DNA of 64,000 nucleotides, taken from the NCBI GenBank assembly GCA_963836755.1, contig CAWIKF010000001.1, positions 608,001 through 672,000 on the forward strand. The letters run 5' to 3'. The position numbers were made by a program, and so were the translations under genes. The notes under the pieces are model-generated. The model ran no database searches. It worked only from the letters and a program-made list of their open reading frames with translations, and was not told the DNA's origin. The stretch comes from an uncultured Verrucomicrobiae bacterium (GTDB lineage Bacteria; Verrucomicrobiota; Verrucomicrobiia; Chthoniobacterales; Chthoniobacteraceae). Shown here in pieces: positions 1 through 10,122 of the stretch. The first letter of the stretch is position 1. Every line of letters begins with the position of its first letter.

Positions 1-250
1 AATCGAGCCCGAGCGCAGTGGCCATGCGGCTTCGGGAGCCCATTGTGTTGACTGCCACCGGAAACTTTGACGAGCGTCCGTCGATCGTTGGCTGTTCAAA
101 GAGCAGAGCCTTGCCGCCGCCGGGCGACTTCATTTCCCGATCTGCAAACTCCGTGATTTCGAGTTCAGTCGCGACGGGAAATGAGATGCGGCGGAGCTCG
201 CCGGCCTTTTCCAGAACGGCGAGGAATTGCGAAAATGAGCCGTAAGCCAT
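1..250 (-). CDS. ubiD: UbiD-family (menaquinone/ubiquinone pathway) decarboxylase, 5' part only; runs off the window edge
   Basis: Manual translation from ATG at 250 gives MAYGSFSQFLAVLEKAGELRRISFPVATELEITEFADREMKSPGGGKALLFEQP...FPVAVNTMGS..RMATALG, a typical UbiD N-terminus. Not in the ORF track because it is truncated. Confidence 0.85.
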   Translation of the reverse strand, partial: MAYGSFSQFLAVLEKAGELRRISFPVATELEITEFADREMKSPGGGKALLFEQPTIDGRSSKFPVAVNTMGSRSRMATALGLD

Positions 251-298
251 CGGGTGCTGGAGATTATCGGGGGCTGTGGCGCGCTGCAAATCGCATCA

Positions 299-1222
299 TC
301 AAAATCGGCCGCGCACCAGCCAGACAACGAATGGAACGAAGAGCATTCCCTCCGCAAACCATTCGTAAAAAATCTCCGAGCGCGGGCGGCGCAACGCGAT
401 GAGTAGCGCGGCGAGATAAGCGCCGGCAGCGAGCACGAGCACCGGCCAGAAGCCCGCGAAGGCAGGCGCCATCAGGGCTGCGACGAAAATCCACAATACG
501 ATCCGCGTGCGGCGCGGTCCGAGCGCAACCGGCAAGCTGCGCGTGCCAAAGCGGCGGTCGCCGTCGTGATCGCGCAGGTCGCACAACATCATGTTAAACA
601 TCAGAAAAAGCCACGTCCACGCCATGGCTGGAGCTTCATTCATTTTCAATTCGTGGTCGCAAAATGGCGGCACGAAATACGCGAGCGTCACGATTGTCGG
701 CGCGAAAAAAGTTTTCACCAGCGGCACGTCTTTGCAGCGAAAACCGAAAAGCGGAAACGAGTAGCTGAGCGAAATCACACCCGCGCCGATCGCGAGCGCG
801 AGCAGGCGCCAGTCGCGTGCAAACAGCGGAAGAAGGATGAGAATTGCTGCGGAACAAAGTGCGAGCGCGACGCTGGTTTTGCGAAGTCGCGAATGGCGCG
901 CGAGCCGCCGCGGCGTGTTCAACGCGTCCGCCGGGTCGTGCTTGAGCCTGTCAAAATTATAAACCAAAACCGCGCCGACGAACCAGAGCGGAGCGTAGCG
1001 CGTGGCGTCAAAATCGAGGACCCGGCCGAGCGCGCAGCCGAAGGCGGCAATGCCGGCCGCGCCGTAAAGATGGAGCGTGTGCAACGCGGCGACGATCTGG
1101 CGCAGCGGGGTCGAAGGCGACGACTCGTGCGATGAACTTCGCCGGTGCGCCGATGTTTCCCTTGACCTTGCCGCGAACCTTTCCCTAGAAACTATGGTTT
1201 TCGATGAAGCTGGCGGCATCAT
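299..1222 (-). CDS. UbiA-family prenyltransferase (start uncertain, probably downstream of 1222)
   Basis: Multi-TM protein with YNFDR..DPAD.LN and DLRDHDGD Asp-rich motifs; lies next to ubiD. Confidence 0.7.
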   Translation of the reverse strand: MMPPASSKTIVSRERFAARSRETSAHRRSSSHESSPSTPLRQIVAALHTLHLYGAAGIAAFGCALGRVLDFDATRYAPLWFVGAVLVYNFDRLKHDPADALNTPRRLARHSRLRKTSVALALCSAAILILLPLFARDWRLLALAIGAGVISLSYSFPLFGFRCKDVPLVKTFFAPTIVTLAYFVPPFCDHELKMNEAPAMAWTWLFLMFNMMLCDLRDHDGDRRFGTRSLPVALGPRRTRIVLWIFVAALMAPAFAGFWPVLVLAAGAYLAALLIALRRPRSEIFYEWFAEGMLFVPFVVWLVRGRF

Positions 1223-1335
1223 TTATTTGAAGGGCGCAGTTTGCGCAGGCACAGCCCGACGCGATATCTTTTTCGATAATCCACCAATAACTCATCCACT
1301 TCACTTTTTACCATTTAACGACGAGGTTTTTCTGA

Positions 1336-2373
1336 ATGCTTAACGGACTTTTCGGCTTGTTTTCCAACGATATCGGGATCGATTTGGGAACTGCCAACAC
1401 GCTGGTTTATGTCAAGGATCACGGCATTGTTTTGCGCGAGCCGTCGGTCGTGGCGGTGCAGGCCGGCACAAACAAAGTGTTGTCAGTTGGCGACGAAGCG
1501 AAACGGATGCTCGGCCGCACGCCGGGCAACATTGTCGCGATTCGGCCGCTGAAAGATGGCGTCATCGCGGACTTTGAAATCACGGAAGCGATGCTGCGGC
1601 ATTTCATCGCGAAGGTGCACAATCGGCGCAAAATGGTGCGTCCGCGCGTGGTCATCGCGGTGCCGAGCGGCATTACCGAAGTCGAAAAACGCGCGGTGAA
1701 AGACAGCGCGACGCGGGCTGGTGCGCGCGAGGTTTATTTGATCGAAGAACCAATGGCAGCGGCCATCGGCGTCGGATTGCCGGTGCAGGACGCAGCGGGA
1801 AATATGATCATCGACATTGGCGGCGGGACGACGGAAGTCGCGCTGATTTCGCTCTCGGGAATTGTCTTTTCGCGCAGCATCCGCGTGGCTGGCGATGAGC
1901 TCGACGAGGCGATCATGAATTACATGAAGCGCGCTTACAATTTGATGATCGGCGAGCGGACGGCGGAAGATATCAAAATCAAAATCGGCTCGGCGTATCC
2001 GATCGAAAAAGAGACGACGATGGAAGTGAAAGGCCGCGATCTAGTCGCGGGCCTGCCGAAAACTTTGACCATCACTTCGCAGGAAGTGCGCGAGGCTTTG
2101 CTCGAGCCGATCAGCCAAATTACGGAATCTGTGCGCGTGACGCTCGAGCGTTGCCCGCCGGAATTGAGCGCGGATCTGGTCGATCGCGGGCTGGTGCTCG
2201 CGGGCGGCGGTGCGCTGCTGCGCGGGCTCGACCGACTTTTGACGGAAGAGACGGGGCTGCCGGTGCACGTGGCCGAGGACCCGCTGAGTGCGGTCGCCGA
2301 AGGGACGGGTCGCGCGCTGAATGAACTGAAATTTCTGCGTCAGGTGGCAACGGCCGACCGGCAGTGGCACTAA
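1336..2373 (+). CDS. mreB: Rod shape-determining protein MreB
   Basis: [22 protein letters not shown] and [10 protein letters not shown] actin-like motifs. Confidence 0.97.
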   Translation: MLNGLFGLFSNDIGIDLGTANTLVYVKDHGIVLREPSVVAVQAGTNKVLSVGDEAKRMLGRTPGNIVAIRPLKDGVIADFEITEAMLRHFIAKVHNRRKMVRPRVVIAVPSGITEVEKRAVKDSATRAGAREVYLIEEPMAAAIGVGLPVQDAAGNMIIDIGGGTTEVALISLSGIVFSRSIRVAGDELDEAIMNYMKRAYNLMIGERTAEDIKIKIGSAYPIEKETTMEVKGRDLVAGLPKTLTITSQEVREALLEPISQITESVRVTLERCPPELSADLVDRGLVLAGGGALLRGLDRLLTEETGLPVHVAEDPLSAVAEGTGRALNELKFLRQVATADRQWH

Positions 2374-2458
2374 CTTTTTTCCGCAATGTCGAACCTTGAT
2401 CGAAAGCAGGTGTCTGACTCTCCTGAATCGATTTTGAGCGCAGACATTCTGCACCCCA

Positions 2459-3262
2459 GTGCGACACGTTAATCTCCTTGCTTTCGTCCTGTTGCTCCTC
2501 GCGGTCGCGGGATTGTTCGCGCTGAATCCGCGCAATACGCAACGCGTGCAAGCGGCGTTTCTCGGCACGATCGCGCCATTTTTAAAGACCGGATCGAGCT
2601 TGCAGACAAAGATCACTGCGATTCGGGAAGGGCTGAAAACATTGCCGCAACTCGAGCAGGAAAACGATCAGCTCAAGGTCGAGAACAAAAATTTGCAGGC
2701 AACGAATCAGATGCTGCGCGGCTACGAGGTCGAGAATAACAAGCTGCGGCACGCGCTGGAATATCGCGAGCACTCGGCGTTCAAGCTCGTGCCGGCGCGC
2801 ATCATCGCGCGCGACGCTACGACCTGGTGGAACACGGTGAAGGTCGACAAGGGTTCGGCGGACGGCGTGCAACCGGACATGCCGGTGCTGACCGAAGATG
2901 GGCTCGTCGGCAAAACCACCGTTATCTCCGAGCATGCCGCGTCGATTCTATTGATCGCGGATGAAAATTGCAAAGTGGCCGCGGCCGTGGAGGGTTCGCG
3001 CGAGCAGGGGATCGTGAAAGGCGAGCGCACGTCGACGAACTCGCTGCCGGAGATCAGCCTGAACTTTCTTTCCAAGACCGCAAACCTGAAGCCGGGGCAA
3101 AAAGTTTACAGCTCTGGCGTCGGCGGTGTTTATCCATCGGGGGTGCTCGTCGGCGTGATCAAACAATTCGAGGTGCGCGCGCTCGATGGCCACGCGACGC
3201 TCGTGCCGGCCGTGGATCTCACCACGCTCGAGGACGTGTTCATCGTGACCGGACGGAAATGA
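2459..3262 (+). CDS. mreC: Rod shape-determining protein MreC
   Basis: N-terminal TM, coiled coil, VDKGSADGV..DMPV...GLVG and SSG.GGVYP.G motifs; follows mreB. Confidence 0.93.
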   Translation: MRHVNLLAFVLLLLAVAGLFALNPRNTQRVQAAFLGTIAPFLKTGSSLQTKITAIREGLKTLPQLEQENDQLKVENKNLQATNQMLRGYEVENNKLRHALEYREHSAFKLVPARIIARDATTWWNTVKVDKGSADGVQPDMPVLTEDGLVGKTTVISEHAASILLIADENCKVAAAVEGSREQGIVKGERTSTNSLPEISLNFLSKTANLKPGQKVYSSGVGGVYPSGVLVGVIKQFEVRALDGHATLVPAVDLTTLEDVFIVTGRK

Positions 3263-3804
3263 TCTTCTTTTTTTTCCTGCTGGTGGCGTTGTTTTTTTCG
3301 CTCATCACGCAGCAATTCATCCCGCCGCTGCCGTGGCTGCACGAGGCGCGCGTGCTGCTGATGCCGGTCGTTTTTTTCTACGGCGCGCTGGCGACGCCGG
3401 CGTGGGCGACGATGGCGCTGGCCTTCGTGAGCGGCTTCATGTGGGACGCGCTCAATGCGCAAGTGCTCGAGACGAGCGTTGAAATTTCGCTTGGCTGGTC
3501 GATAATCCTCTACGCAGCACTCGGCGCGATCATGAGCGGTTTTCGCCCTTTATATCAACGCGGTCACGGCTGGGAAATCCATTGCCTGATGTGCGGCCCG
3601 CTGGTCGCGCTGATGGTGCTCGCTGAATATCTGATGATTACTTTTCGACGCGGCGATTTTGTTTTTACGAAAATCGTCTGGTGGCGCGTTGGCGGCGCGG
3701 GCCTCATCGCGATGATGATCGCGCCGCTGGTTTTTGGGATGCTGCAATCGTTCGCGCTGACGTTTGGCTGGATCGCGCCGCCGCGCAGAAAGGTGGTGCA
3801 GTAA
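3259..3804 (+). CDS. mreD: Rod shape-determining protein MreD-like membrane protein
   Basis: ATG at 3259 overlaps the mreC stop (ATGA); hydrophobic 181 aa; sits between mreC and PBP2. Confidence 0.75.
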   Translation: MIFFFFLLVALFFSLITQQFIPPLPWLHEARVLLMPVVFFYGALATPAWATMALAFVSGFMWDALNAQVLETSVEISLGWSIILYAALGAIMSGFRPLYQRGHGWEIHCLMCGPLVALMVLAEYLMITFRRGDFVFTKIVWWRVGGAGLIAMMIAPLVFGMLQSFALTFGWIAPPRRKVVQ

Positions 3805-6135
3805 ATGCCGCCGCGCCGACGTCAGCGGGCGCCGCGCATTGAATTGCGCGTGACCATTCTCGGATTCCTGATTTTGTGCGCGCTCGGCGTCATCATCACG
3901 CGGCTTTGGTGGGTGCAGGTTGCGCGCGGCGCTATTTATACCGCGCGGATCGCGGGGCGGTCGCAGGTCACGGTGCGCATCCCTTCGGTGCGCGGCGAGA
4001 TTCGCGATCGCAACGGCATCCCGCTTGTGACGAATCGCGCGAGCTATGAAGTTGATTTTTATTTGCCGGACATGGTGCGTGGCTTCAGGCAGCGCGCGCG
4101 TGAGCAGGGCCAGCCTATCCCGCAGATTCGTTACCAGGCGCCGGTGAAAGGAATGCTCACGAACAAAACTGAGCCGGACATTGTGAAAATCGTGAACACC
4201 GCCGTGGTGCCGCGCCTCGAGGATCTCGACCTCGCGAAGGATTACAATGCGAAGAAGCTGAAGACGCATTACCGCAACGACACCGAGGTGCCGTTCACCT
4301 ATCTCGAGGACATCGACTTCTCGACCATCGCGAAATTTTCCGAGCATGATGTCGGCCTGCCCGGCGTCGATATTTCCATTCGACCGGTGCGCCAATATCT
4401 CTACGGCGCACTCGCATCGCACTTGCTCGGCTACGTCGGTCTGCCAAACCAGATCGACGAGGAGCCGGACGTGCACGATTACAATTTCTACCAGCCCGAC
4501 TTCGAGGGGAAATCGCAGATCGAGCTGAGCATGGACAAATATCTGCGCGGCAAGCCGGGCGTCCGCGTCATGCAGCGCAACGTCAAGGGCGTGATCGAGG
4601 GCGAGGTGCGCACGCAGCCCGCGCAACCTGGCGACAATGTTTACCTCACGCTCGACGCGCGCATCCAGACGATCGCCGAGCAGGCGCTCCGCCAGCCGTT
4701 GCTCGGCCGCGCAGCAGCGGTCGTCGTTGATCCAAACAACGGCGACATCCTCGCCATGGCATCGATCCCGGACTTTGACCCGAATGTTTTCATCCCGAGT
4801 GTCTCACCAAAAGCGTGGGCCGCGCTTAACGACGATCCCGCCGTGCCGCTCGTCAACCGCGCCGTCAGCGGATTCCCGCCGGGCTCGACTTTTAAAATCG
4901 TCACCGCGCTCGCGGGGCTGACGAAGCACCTCGGCAACACGCATTTCAATTGCTCCGGCGGCGTGCAATACGGCGACCATTTCTTCCACTGCTGGATCGC
5001 GGAAAAAGGCGGCGCGCACGGGACGCTCGGCGTCGCGGATGCCCTCAAAGTTTCGTGCGACGCATTCTTTTACCAATACGGAAACGCGGCCGGCATCGAG
5101 GCCATCGACCACATCGGCCAGATCCTCGGGATGGGACAAAAATACGACATCGGATTGTCCGATGAAAAAGAGGGCTGCATGCCCGGCCCCGAATGGATGA
5201 AGGTCAAGTATCCGCGCGAGAAATGGTCCAACGCCTATACCGCGAACGTCTCCATCGGCCAGGGCTACGTCCTCGCGAGCCCGCTTCAAATGGCGATGGC
5301 CTACGCGACCGTCGCGAATGGCGGCGTCGCATACACGCCGCGGCTTGTTAAAACAGTGCTAACACCCGATGGAAAGCCCGCGCTCGATGATGACGGCCAC
5401 GTCGCCGTTCCCGACCAGGCGAAAATCCGCGAAGACCTGCGCACCGAACTTTCTGCAGCCGACATCGAACTCGTTCGTCACGGCCTCTGGGAAGTGGTCA
5501 ATGAAAAGGGCGGCCCCGGCGGCGGCGGCACCGGCGCGAAAGGCCAGCTCAAAGGCGTGGTCGTCGCGGCGAAGACCGGCACCGCGCAGGCGACCGAGCA
5601 TGGAAAAAAAGAGCACATCGCATGGTTTTGCTGCTTTGCACCGTATGACCATCCGAAATACGTTGTTGTCGCCATGGTGCAAGGCGGCGAACATGGCGGC
5701 AGCGTCGCTGGCCCGATCGCCGCGCATATTCTCGATCAATGTCTCGCCATGGATAAAGGCACTTACAACGTTCCGCTCGCGGTCCTCACGCCGCAGCACA
5801 ACGATCATCCCTTCCAGATGATCTCGTTGATTCCCGACTACAAAGAGAACCCGTCGCTCCAGGGAGGCACCGACGAGGAATCGGCGGATACGCAGACGCC
5901 GGCGGAAGCGCCGCAGATGGGCCGCAGCAAAGCATCGCCCGACATTCGCGAGGAAGCCGACGCGCAGGGGAAAGTGATCCCGCGCGCGCAACGCGTGAAA
6001 AAAGCGACTGCCGCCGATGCGCCCACTCCCGCGCCGGATCGGCGCAACGTTTTCGAAAAATTTTTCCATCCAAACAGAACTGCCCCGGCGCAGCAGCCTT
6101 CACCGGCCCAGCATCGCCCCCACTGGCCGTTCTAG
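3805..6135 (+). CDS. mrdA: Penicillin-binding protein 2
   Basis: RGEIRDRNG dimerisation motif; PPGSTFK (SxxK), SCD (SxN-like) and KTGT catalytic motifs. Confidence 0.93.
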   Translation: MPPRRRQRAPRIELRVTILGFLILCALGVIITRLWWVQVARGAIYTARIAGRSQVTVRIPSVRGEIRDRNGIPLVTNRASYEVDFYLPDMVRGFRQRAREQGQPIPQIRYQAPVKGMLTNKTEPDIVKIVNTAVVPRLEDLDLAKDYNAKKLKTHYRNDTEVPFTYLEDIDFSTIAKFSEHDVGLPGVDISIRPVRQYLYGALASHLLGYVGLPNQIDEEPDVHDYNFYQPDFEGKSQIELSMDKYLRGKPGVRVMQRNVKGVIEGEVRTQPAQPGDNVYLTLDARIQTIAEQALRQPLLGRAAAVVVDPNNGDILAMASIPDFDPNVFIPSVSPKAWAALNDDPAVPLVNRAVSGFPPGSTFKIVTALAGLTKHLGNTHFNCSGGVQYGDHFFHCWIAEKGGAHGTLGVADALKVSCDAFFYQYGNAAGIEAIDHIGQILGMGQKYDIGLSDEKEGCMPGPEWMKVKYPREKWSNAYTANVSIGQGYVLASPLQMAMAYATVANGGVAYTPRLVKTVLTPDGKPALDDDGHVAVPDQAKIREDLRTELSAADIELVRHGLWEVVNEKGGPGGGGTGAKGQLKGVVVAAKTGTAQATEHGKKEHIAWFCCFAPYDHPKYVVVAMVQGGEHGGSVAGPIAAHILDQCLAMDKGTYNVPLAVLTPQHNDHPFQMISLIPDYKENPSLQGGTDEESADTQTPAEAPQMGRSKASPDIREEADAQGKVIPRAQRVKKATAADAPTPAPDRRNVFEKFFHPNRTAPAQQPSPAQHRPHWPF

Positions 6136-6171
6136 GTGGAAACCAACCAATAACCATGAGGACTCAATTTC

Positions 6172-7743
6172 ATGATCGAACAAGTCAAACGGATTCTCGG
6201 ACTGACCAAGCAGACCGGCATTAAGCTCGTCATCAACAGTGAAAAACTCGAACGCCGTGTCGCCCTTCTCGAAAACGGACAGCTAGAGGAATACAACGTC
6301 GAGCGCGAAAGCGATCGCAACATCGTCGGCAGCATTTTCAAGGGCCGCGTCAAAAACATCGAGCACGGCCTCAAGGCAATGTTCGTCGACATCGGCTTCG
6401 AGAAAAACGCCTTTCTGCATTTCTGGGACGCGCTTCCGGCCGCGCTCGATAGCGGCATCGAGCAGGTCGATCGCCCCGGCGGCAAAAAGAAAAGCACACG
6501 CATCTCCTCCGCCGACATCCCGAAGATTTACCCCGTCGGTTCCGAGGTGCTCGTGCAGGTGACCAAAGGCCCCATCAGCACCAAAGGCCCGCGCATCACC
6601 ACGAACATTTCCCTGCCCGGGCGTTACCTCGTCCTCATGCCTTTCAGCGACCAGAGCGGCATCTCGCGAAAGATCGAATCGCCAAAAGAACGCGAGCGCC
6701 TTCGCAAAATCCTGCAGGAACTCAAAGTCCCCGAGGGCATGGGCGTCATCGTCCGCACCGTCGGCGAGGGCCAGCGCGCCCGCTACTTTGTCCGCGATAT
6801 CGGCCTTCTGCTCGAGCAATGGCACGCCATCGAGGAGCAGATGAAAACCCAGCCCGCCCCCGCGTGCGTCTTCCGCGAGCCCGACCTCATCGAGCGCACC
6901 GTCCGCGACTTTTTGACCGACGAAATCGACGCCGTCTTCTGCGATGACGAAGCAGCCGTCAAGCGCATGCAGGACCTCGTCGGCCAAATCTCCCGCCGCT
7001 CCCGCAGCCGCATCCAATTCTACGCCGAGCACCAGCCGATCTTTGAAAAGTTCAACGTCCAGAAACAAATCGACGACGCCTTTCATCGCCAGGTCTGGCT
7101 GAAATGCGGCGGCTACATCGTCATCGATGAAACCGAGGCCCTCATCGCCATCGACGTCAACACCGGCCGCAACAAAGGCGGCAAAGAAGTCGAGAAAACC
7201 ATCTTCCAGACCAACATGGAAGCCGCCGAGGAAATCGCCCGCCAGCTCCGCCTGCGGAACATCGGCGGCCTCATCATCGGCGACTTCATCGACATGAAAA
7301 ACCGGCGCGACCAGCAGGCCGTCTTCCAGCGCATGAAAGAGCGCCTCCGCCGCGACAAAGCCAAGACCCACGTCCTCCCCATCTCGCCCCTCGGCCTCAT
7401 GGAAATGACCCGCCAGCGCGCCCACGAAAGCCTCAGCGGCACCGTCTACGAGCCATGCCCCAATTGCCACGGGCGCGGCCGCGTCAAAACCGCCATGACA
7501 ATGAGCGTCGAGCTCCAGCGCGCGCTCCACTCCATCATGCGCAAACATCAGGACACCATCCACGACATCCGCGTCATCGTGAACCCGGCCGTCCTCCAGC
7601 GCCTCCGCGAGCAGGACGAGGAACTGCTGATCAATATCGAGCGCAAATACGAGGGCCGGCTGACATTCCGAGCCGACCCCACGTATCATCTCGAGCAATT
7701 CATGGTCACCGACGCCAACAGCGGCCTCGAGTTGAAATCCTGA
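6172..7743 (+). CDS. rng: Ribonuclease E/G family (Rne/Rng)
   Basis: S1 domain, IDETEALIAIDVNTG, RQLRLRNIGGLIIGDFIDM and CPNCHGRG zinc-link motifs. Confidence 0.93.
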   Translation: MIEQVKRILGLTKQTGIKLVINSEKLERRVALLENGQLEEYNVERESDRNIVGSIFKGRVKNIEHGLKAMFVDIGFEKNAFLHFWDALPAALDSGIEQVDRPGGKKKSTRISSADIPKIYPVGSEVLVQVTKGPISTKGPRITTNISLPGRYLVLMPFSDQSGISRKIESPKERERLRKILQELKVPEGMGVIVRTVGEGQRARYFVRDIGLLLEQWHAIEEQMKTQPAPACVFREPDLIERTVRDFLTDEIDAVFCDDEAAVKRMQDLVGQISRRSRSRIQFYAEHQPIFEKFNVQKQIDDAFHRQVWLKCGGYIVIDETEALIAIDVNTGRNKGGKEVEKTIFQTNMEAAEEIARQLRLRNIGGLIIGDFIDMKNRRDQQAVFQRMKERLRRDKAKTHVLPISPLGLMEMTRQRAHESLSGTVYEPCPNCHGRGRVKTAMTMSVELQRALHSIMRKHQDTIHDIRVIVNPAVLQRLREQDEELLINIERKYEGRLTFRADPTYHLEQFMVTDANSGLELKS

Positions 7744-7767
7744 CCCATCTGCGGCCGGGCAAAGTCG

Positions 7768-7862
7768 GCCACGGATGCACACGGGTGAAACACAGATACG
7801 GATTCCCATGCGGCCGTCCGTGGTTTCTCCACATCCGTGTTTCATCCGTTCACATCCGTGGC
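7768..7862. repeat. 30-bp imperfect inverted repeat built from CACGGATG-like subrepeats
   Basis: Left arm 7768-7797 GCCACGGATGCACACGGGTGAAACACAGAT; right arm 7833-7862 is its reverse complement at 25/30. A further right-arm copy lies at about 8310-8333. Confidence 0.8.
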
Positions 7863-7863
7863 T

Positions 7864-8135
7864 GAAAACTCGGCGTCCCAACGAGAAAACCCGACGTCCG
7901 GTGGAGAAAACTCCACGTCCGATGGAGAAAAGCTGAGGTCCCGCGGGGAATTTCTCACGTCCCGTTGAGAAACTTCACGTCCCGGGGAGAATTTCCCACG
8001 TCCGATGCAGAAGTTTTCACGTCCCGGGGAGAATTTCCCACGTCCGGTGGTGAAGTTTTCACATCCCGAGGAGAAGTTCTGACGTCCCGTGTAGAAGTTT
8101 TCACATCCCGAAGCCATTTCCTCACGTCCCGCCGT
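7864..8135. repeat. Tandem array A: 13 units, 21-bp period, GAA-N6-AC(G/A)TCC-N6
   Basis: Units read directly at 7864, 7885, 7906, 7927, 7948, 7969 (20 bp), 7989, 8010, 8031, 8052, 8073, 8094 and 8115. Confidence 0.92.
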
Positions 8136-8176
8136 CGAAAACGGATGATTTGAGACAAATCTCTCGCGAAATCACC

Positions 8177-8280
8177 GGGAGCGCACGCTTCCAACGTGCA
8201 GTCGCTGGCATCCTGCCGGCGACATCCGCGAAGGATTCGGCAAGGATGCCGAACCCGGCACGCTGGAAGCGCGCGCTCCC
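8177..8280. repeat. REP/REPIN-like long palindrome
   Basis: GGGAGCGCACGCTTCCAACGTGC ... GCACGCTGGAAGCGCGCGCTCCC arms are 21/23 complementary, with inner GGCATCCTGCCG / CGGCAAGGATGCC arms. Confidence 0.8.
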
Positions 8281-8392
8281 GATAAGAGCCGTCCGTCTCA
8301 TCCCAAAAAATCCGTGTCCCATCCGTGGCTGAACCAAATGGAACCCGCACGAATCTCCTTCCCAATGCACCCGGAAACGTCACTCTCCCCAA

Positions 8393-9184
8393 ATGCCTGA
8401 AAACACACCCGCCACCCCAGCCGCTCCCGCCCCGAAAAAACACAAAACCCCCGGCCCCATCGACAGCGGCCTCGTCGCGCAGCTGCGCCTCGACCAGGGG
8501 ATCATCGACTCTGCGCACGACGAGATGAGCACCGACCCCACATTCGTCACCGCCCTCAGCACCCATTTTCTCGACCGCGAAAACACCATCGCCATCACCC
8601 CCGCCAGCCTCGCCACACTTTCCACACAGGCCGGCTCCGCCCTCGCCGCATCCGGCGCGATCACCGCCGCGCAAGCCGCTCTCGACAACGTCACCGACGA
8701 CGAAGGCAACGACGCGAAAACCGCCATCGCCGCCATCCGCGCCGTGCAAGGCGCAGCGAAGGAAAAATACGAAGAAAGCGCCCCCGCGCGGCTCGGCGCC
8801 TACTTCATCGGCCACCGCCTCCACTCCCGCGACGATATCAGCACGGCCGGCACCGCCGCCTACCAGCAATTGCGCACCACCGATGCGAGCGGCAACCCCG
8901 TCACCCCGCAGGACACGCTGCCCGGTTTCACACAACCGCGCATCGATCAGCTCAAGATCGACCTCGGCAGCTACCTCACCATCGAGACCGAGCAAAGCGG
9001 CGCGCAAAAAGATACGACCGATGCGCGCAACGCCTTCGCGAATGACTGCGCGCAAGTCAGCCGCCGCCGCCGCAAACTGCAACTCGCCGTAGATGTCGAG
9101 CGTCCCTACAGCAACCCCGCGAACACCATGTTGCCCGCCTTAACTCATGGTTTTGTCCAAAGGCATCTGGAGGCGGCGGCGTAG
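8393..9184 (+). CDS. Hypothetical, predicted alpha-helical cytoplasmic protein; 3' end possibly replaced
   Basis: 263-aa ORF with strong C-ending codon bias up to about 9127; no signal peptide; no recognised family. Confidence 0.8.
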   Translation: MPENTPATPAAPAPKKHKTPGPIDSGLVAQLRLDQGIIDSAHDEMSTDPTFVTALSTHFLDRENTIAITPASLATLSTQAGSALAASGAITAAQAALDNVTDDEGNDAKTAIAAIRAVQGAAKEKYEESAPARLGAYFIGHRLHSRDDISTAGTAAYQQLRTTDASGNPVTPQDTLPGFTQPRIDQLKIDLGSYLTIETEQSGAQKDTTDARNAFANDCAQVSRRRRKLQLAVDVERPYSNPANTMLPALTHGFVQRHLEAAA

Positions 9185-9592
9185 CGTTATATGCATTTGA
9201 GGACCAATTGTCCTTAAGGCCTATTCCCACGCTTTACAATGTTTAACTTCACACGAGCAGGCCTTAGCTTAGAGAAGGCTGCAAAGATGGCGGCAGCCGG
9301 GGACGAACGCATGACAGCACACCTCGGGAAGGCGGAGCGCATATCTTGAAGTCACGTTTCACGTTTCAGGAGACACTAGCGACGATCTCCTTGTATGAGC
9401 GCGTGCTAGCGGCCGCGCAGAATCTGACTGGCACGATTCCGATTAGGCAGAATTGCGAAGAGATGAAGATGCGTCTGCAAGAATACAGCTCGCAATGGAC
9501 ACAATAAACCTAGCTATCTGGCTGCTCTCCATTGTTATGATCGCCCGTTGGCTACTATCTTTGCCATTGTCGACAAATCCTAGCTCAAGATT

Positions 9593-9883
9593 ATGACTCC
9601 ACGAAACAATCCGGAATTTAAGGTAATCGTCGCTCACTGCGAGGTCTTCCAATTCGCCTGCAACCAAAATTGGGATTTGATGAGACCCATCACAGAAAGA
9701 ATTCGTGTGTGCGAGGAGTGCTCTGAGCGAGTTTATTTTTGCCGCAATGAGACAGAGTTTCGGAAGCACGCTTCCCAGGGCGAGTGTGTTGCTATTGAGA
9801 TCGTTTCTGATGGGCCATCTGTGTCCGAAACAGCGAAGCGCAGAATTCTTGCCGGAATTCCCATCCTACCGAAGTTCGATTGA
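9593..9883 (+). CDS. Small Cys-rich hypothetical protein
   Basis: FQFAC..W..M......R.CEEC...VYFC......HA..GECVAI pattern suggests metal binding; lower-GC island. Confidence 0.65.
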   Translation: MTPRNNPEFKVIVAHCEVFQFACNQNWDLMRPITERIRVCEECSERVYFCRNETEFRKHASQGECVAIEIVSDGPSVSETAKRRILAGIPILPKFD

Positions 9884-9890
9884 TACAATC

Positions 9891-10109
9891 ATGCCTCCCA
9901 AACGCCGATTAACCCGCAAGAACCTTCCTTACATTGCCGATGCTTTTTCGCAGGCGCTCTCGGCCATTAAGGAGCTTGACCATGCCATGTATTTCTATGC
10001 TTCAGAGGATCACCCCATGCGTTTACGAGTTGGGGATCTCTACCGCCGCATTGAGACCCTGCATGCCGAATTCGCAGAAGCTGTCAAACGTAAGGAACAA
10101 CACTTATGA
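9891..10109 (+). CDS. Hypothetical 72-aa protein
   Basis: ATG 7 nt after the previous stop; ends just before an attC-like site. Confidence 0.55.
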   Translation: MPPKRRLTRKNLPYIADAFSQALSAIKELDHAMYFYASEDHPMRLRVGDLYRRIETLHAEFAEAVKRKEQHL

Positions 10110-10122
10110 ATCACAACAACGG

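Noticed and set aside
7842..8370. Short ORFs over array A and the REP-like palindrome
   Set aside because: They are interrupted by a stop and a 20-bp unit, and are better explained as repeat DNA.
6283..9082. Long antisense ORFs (for example 6283-7881 and 7955-9082) and similar shadows throughout the window
   Set aside because: These are typical stop-poor antisense frames of high-GC genes, with no protein motifs.
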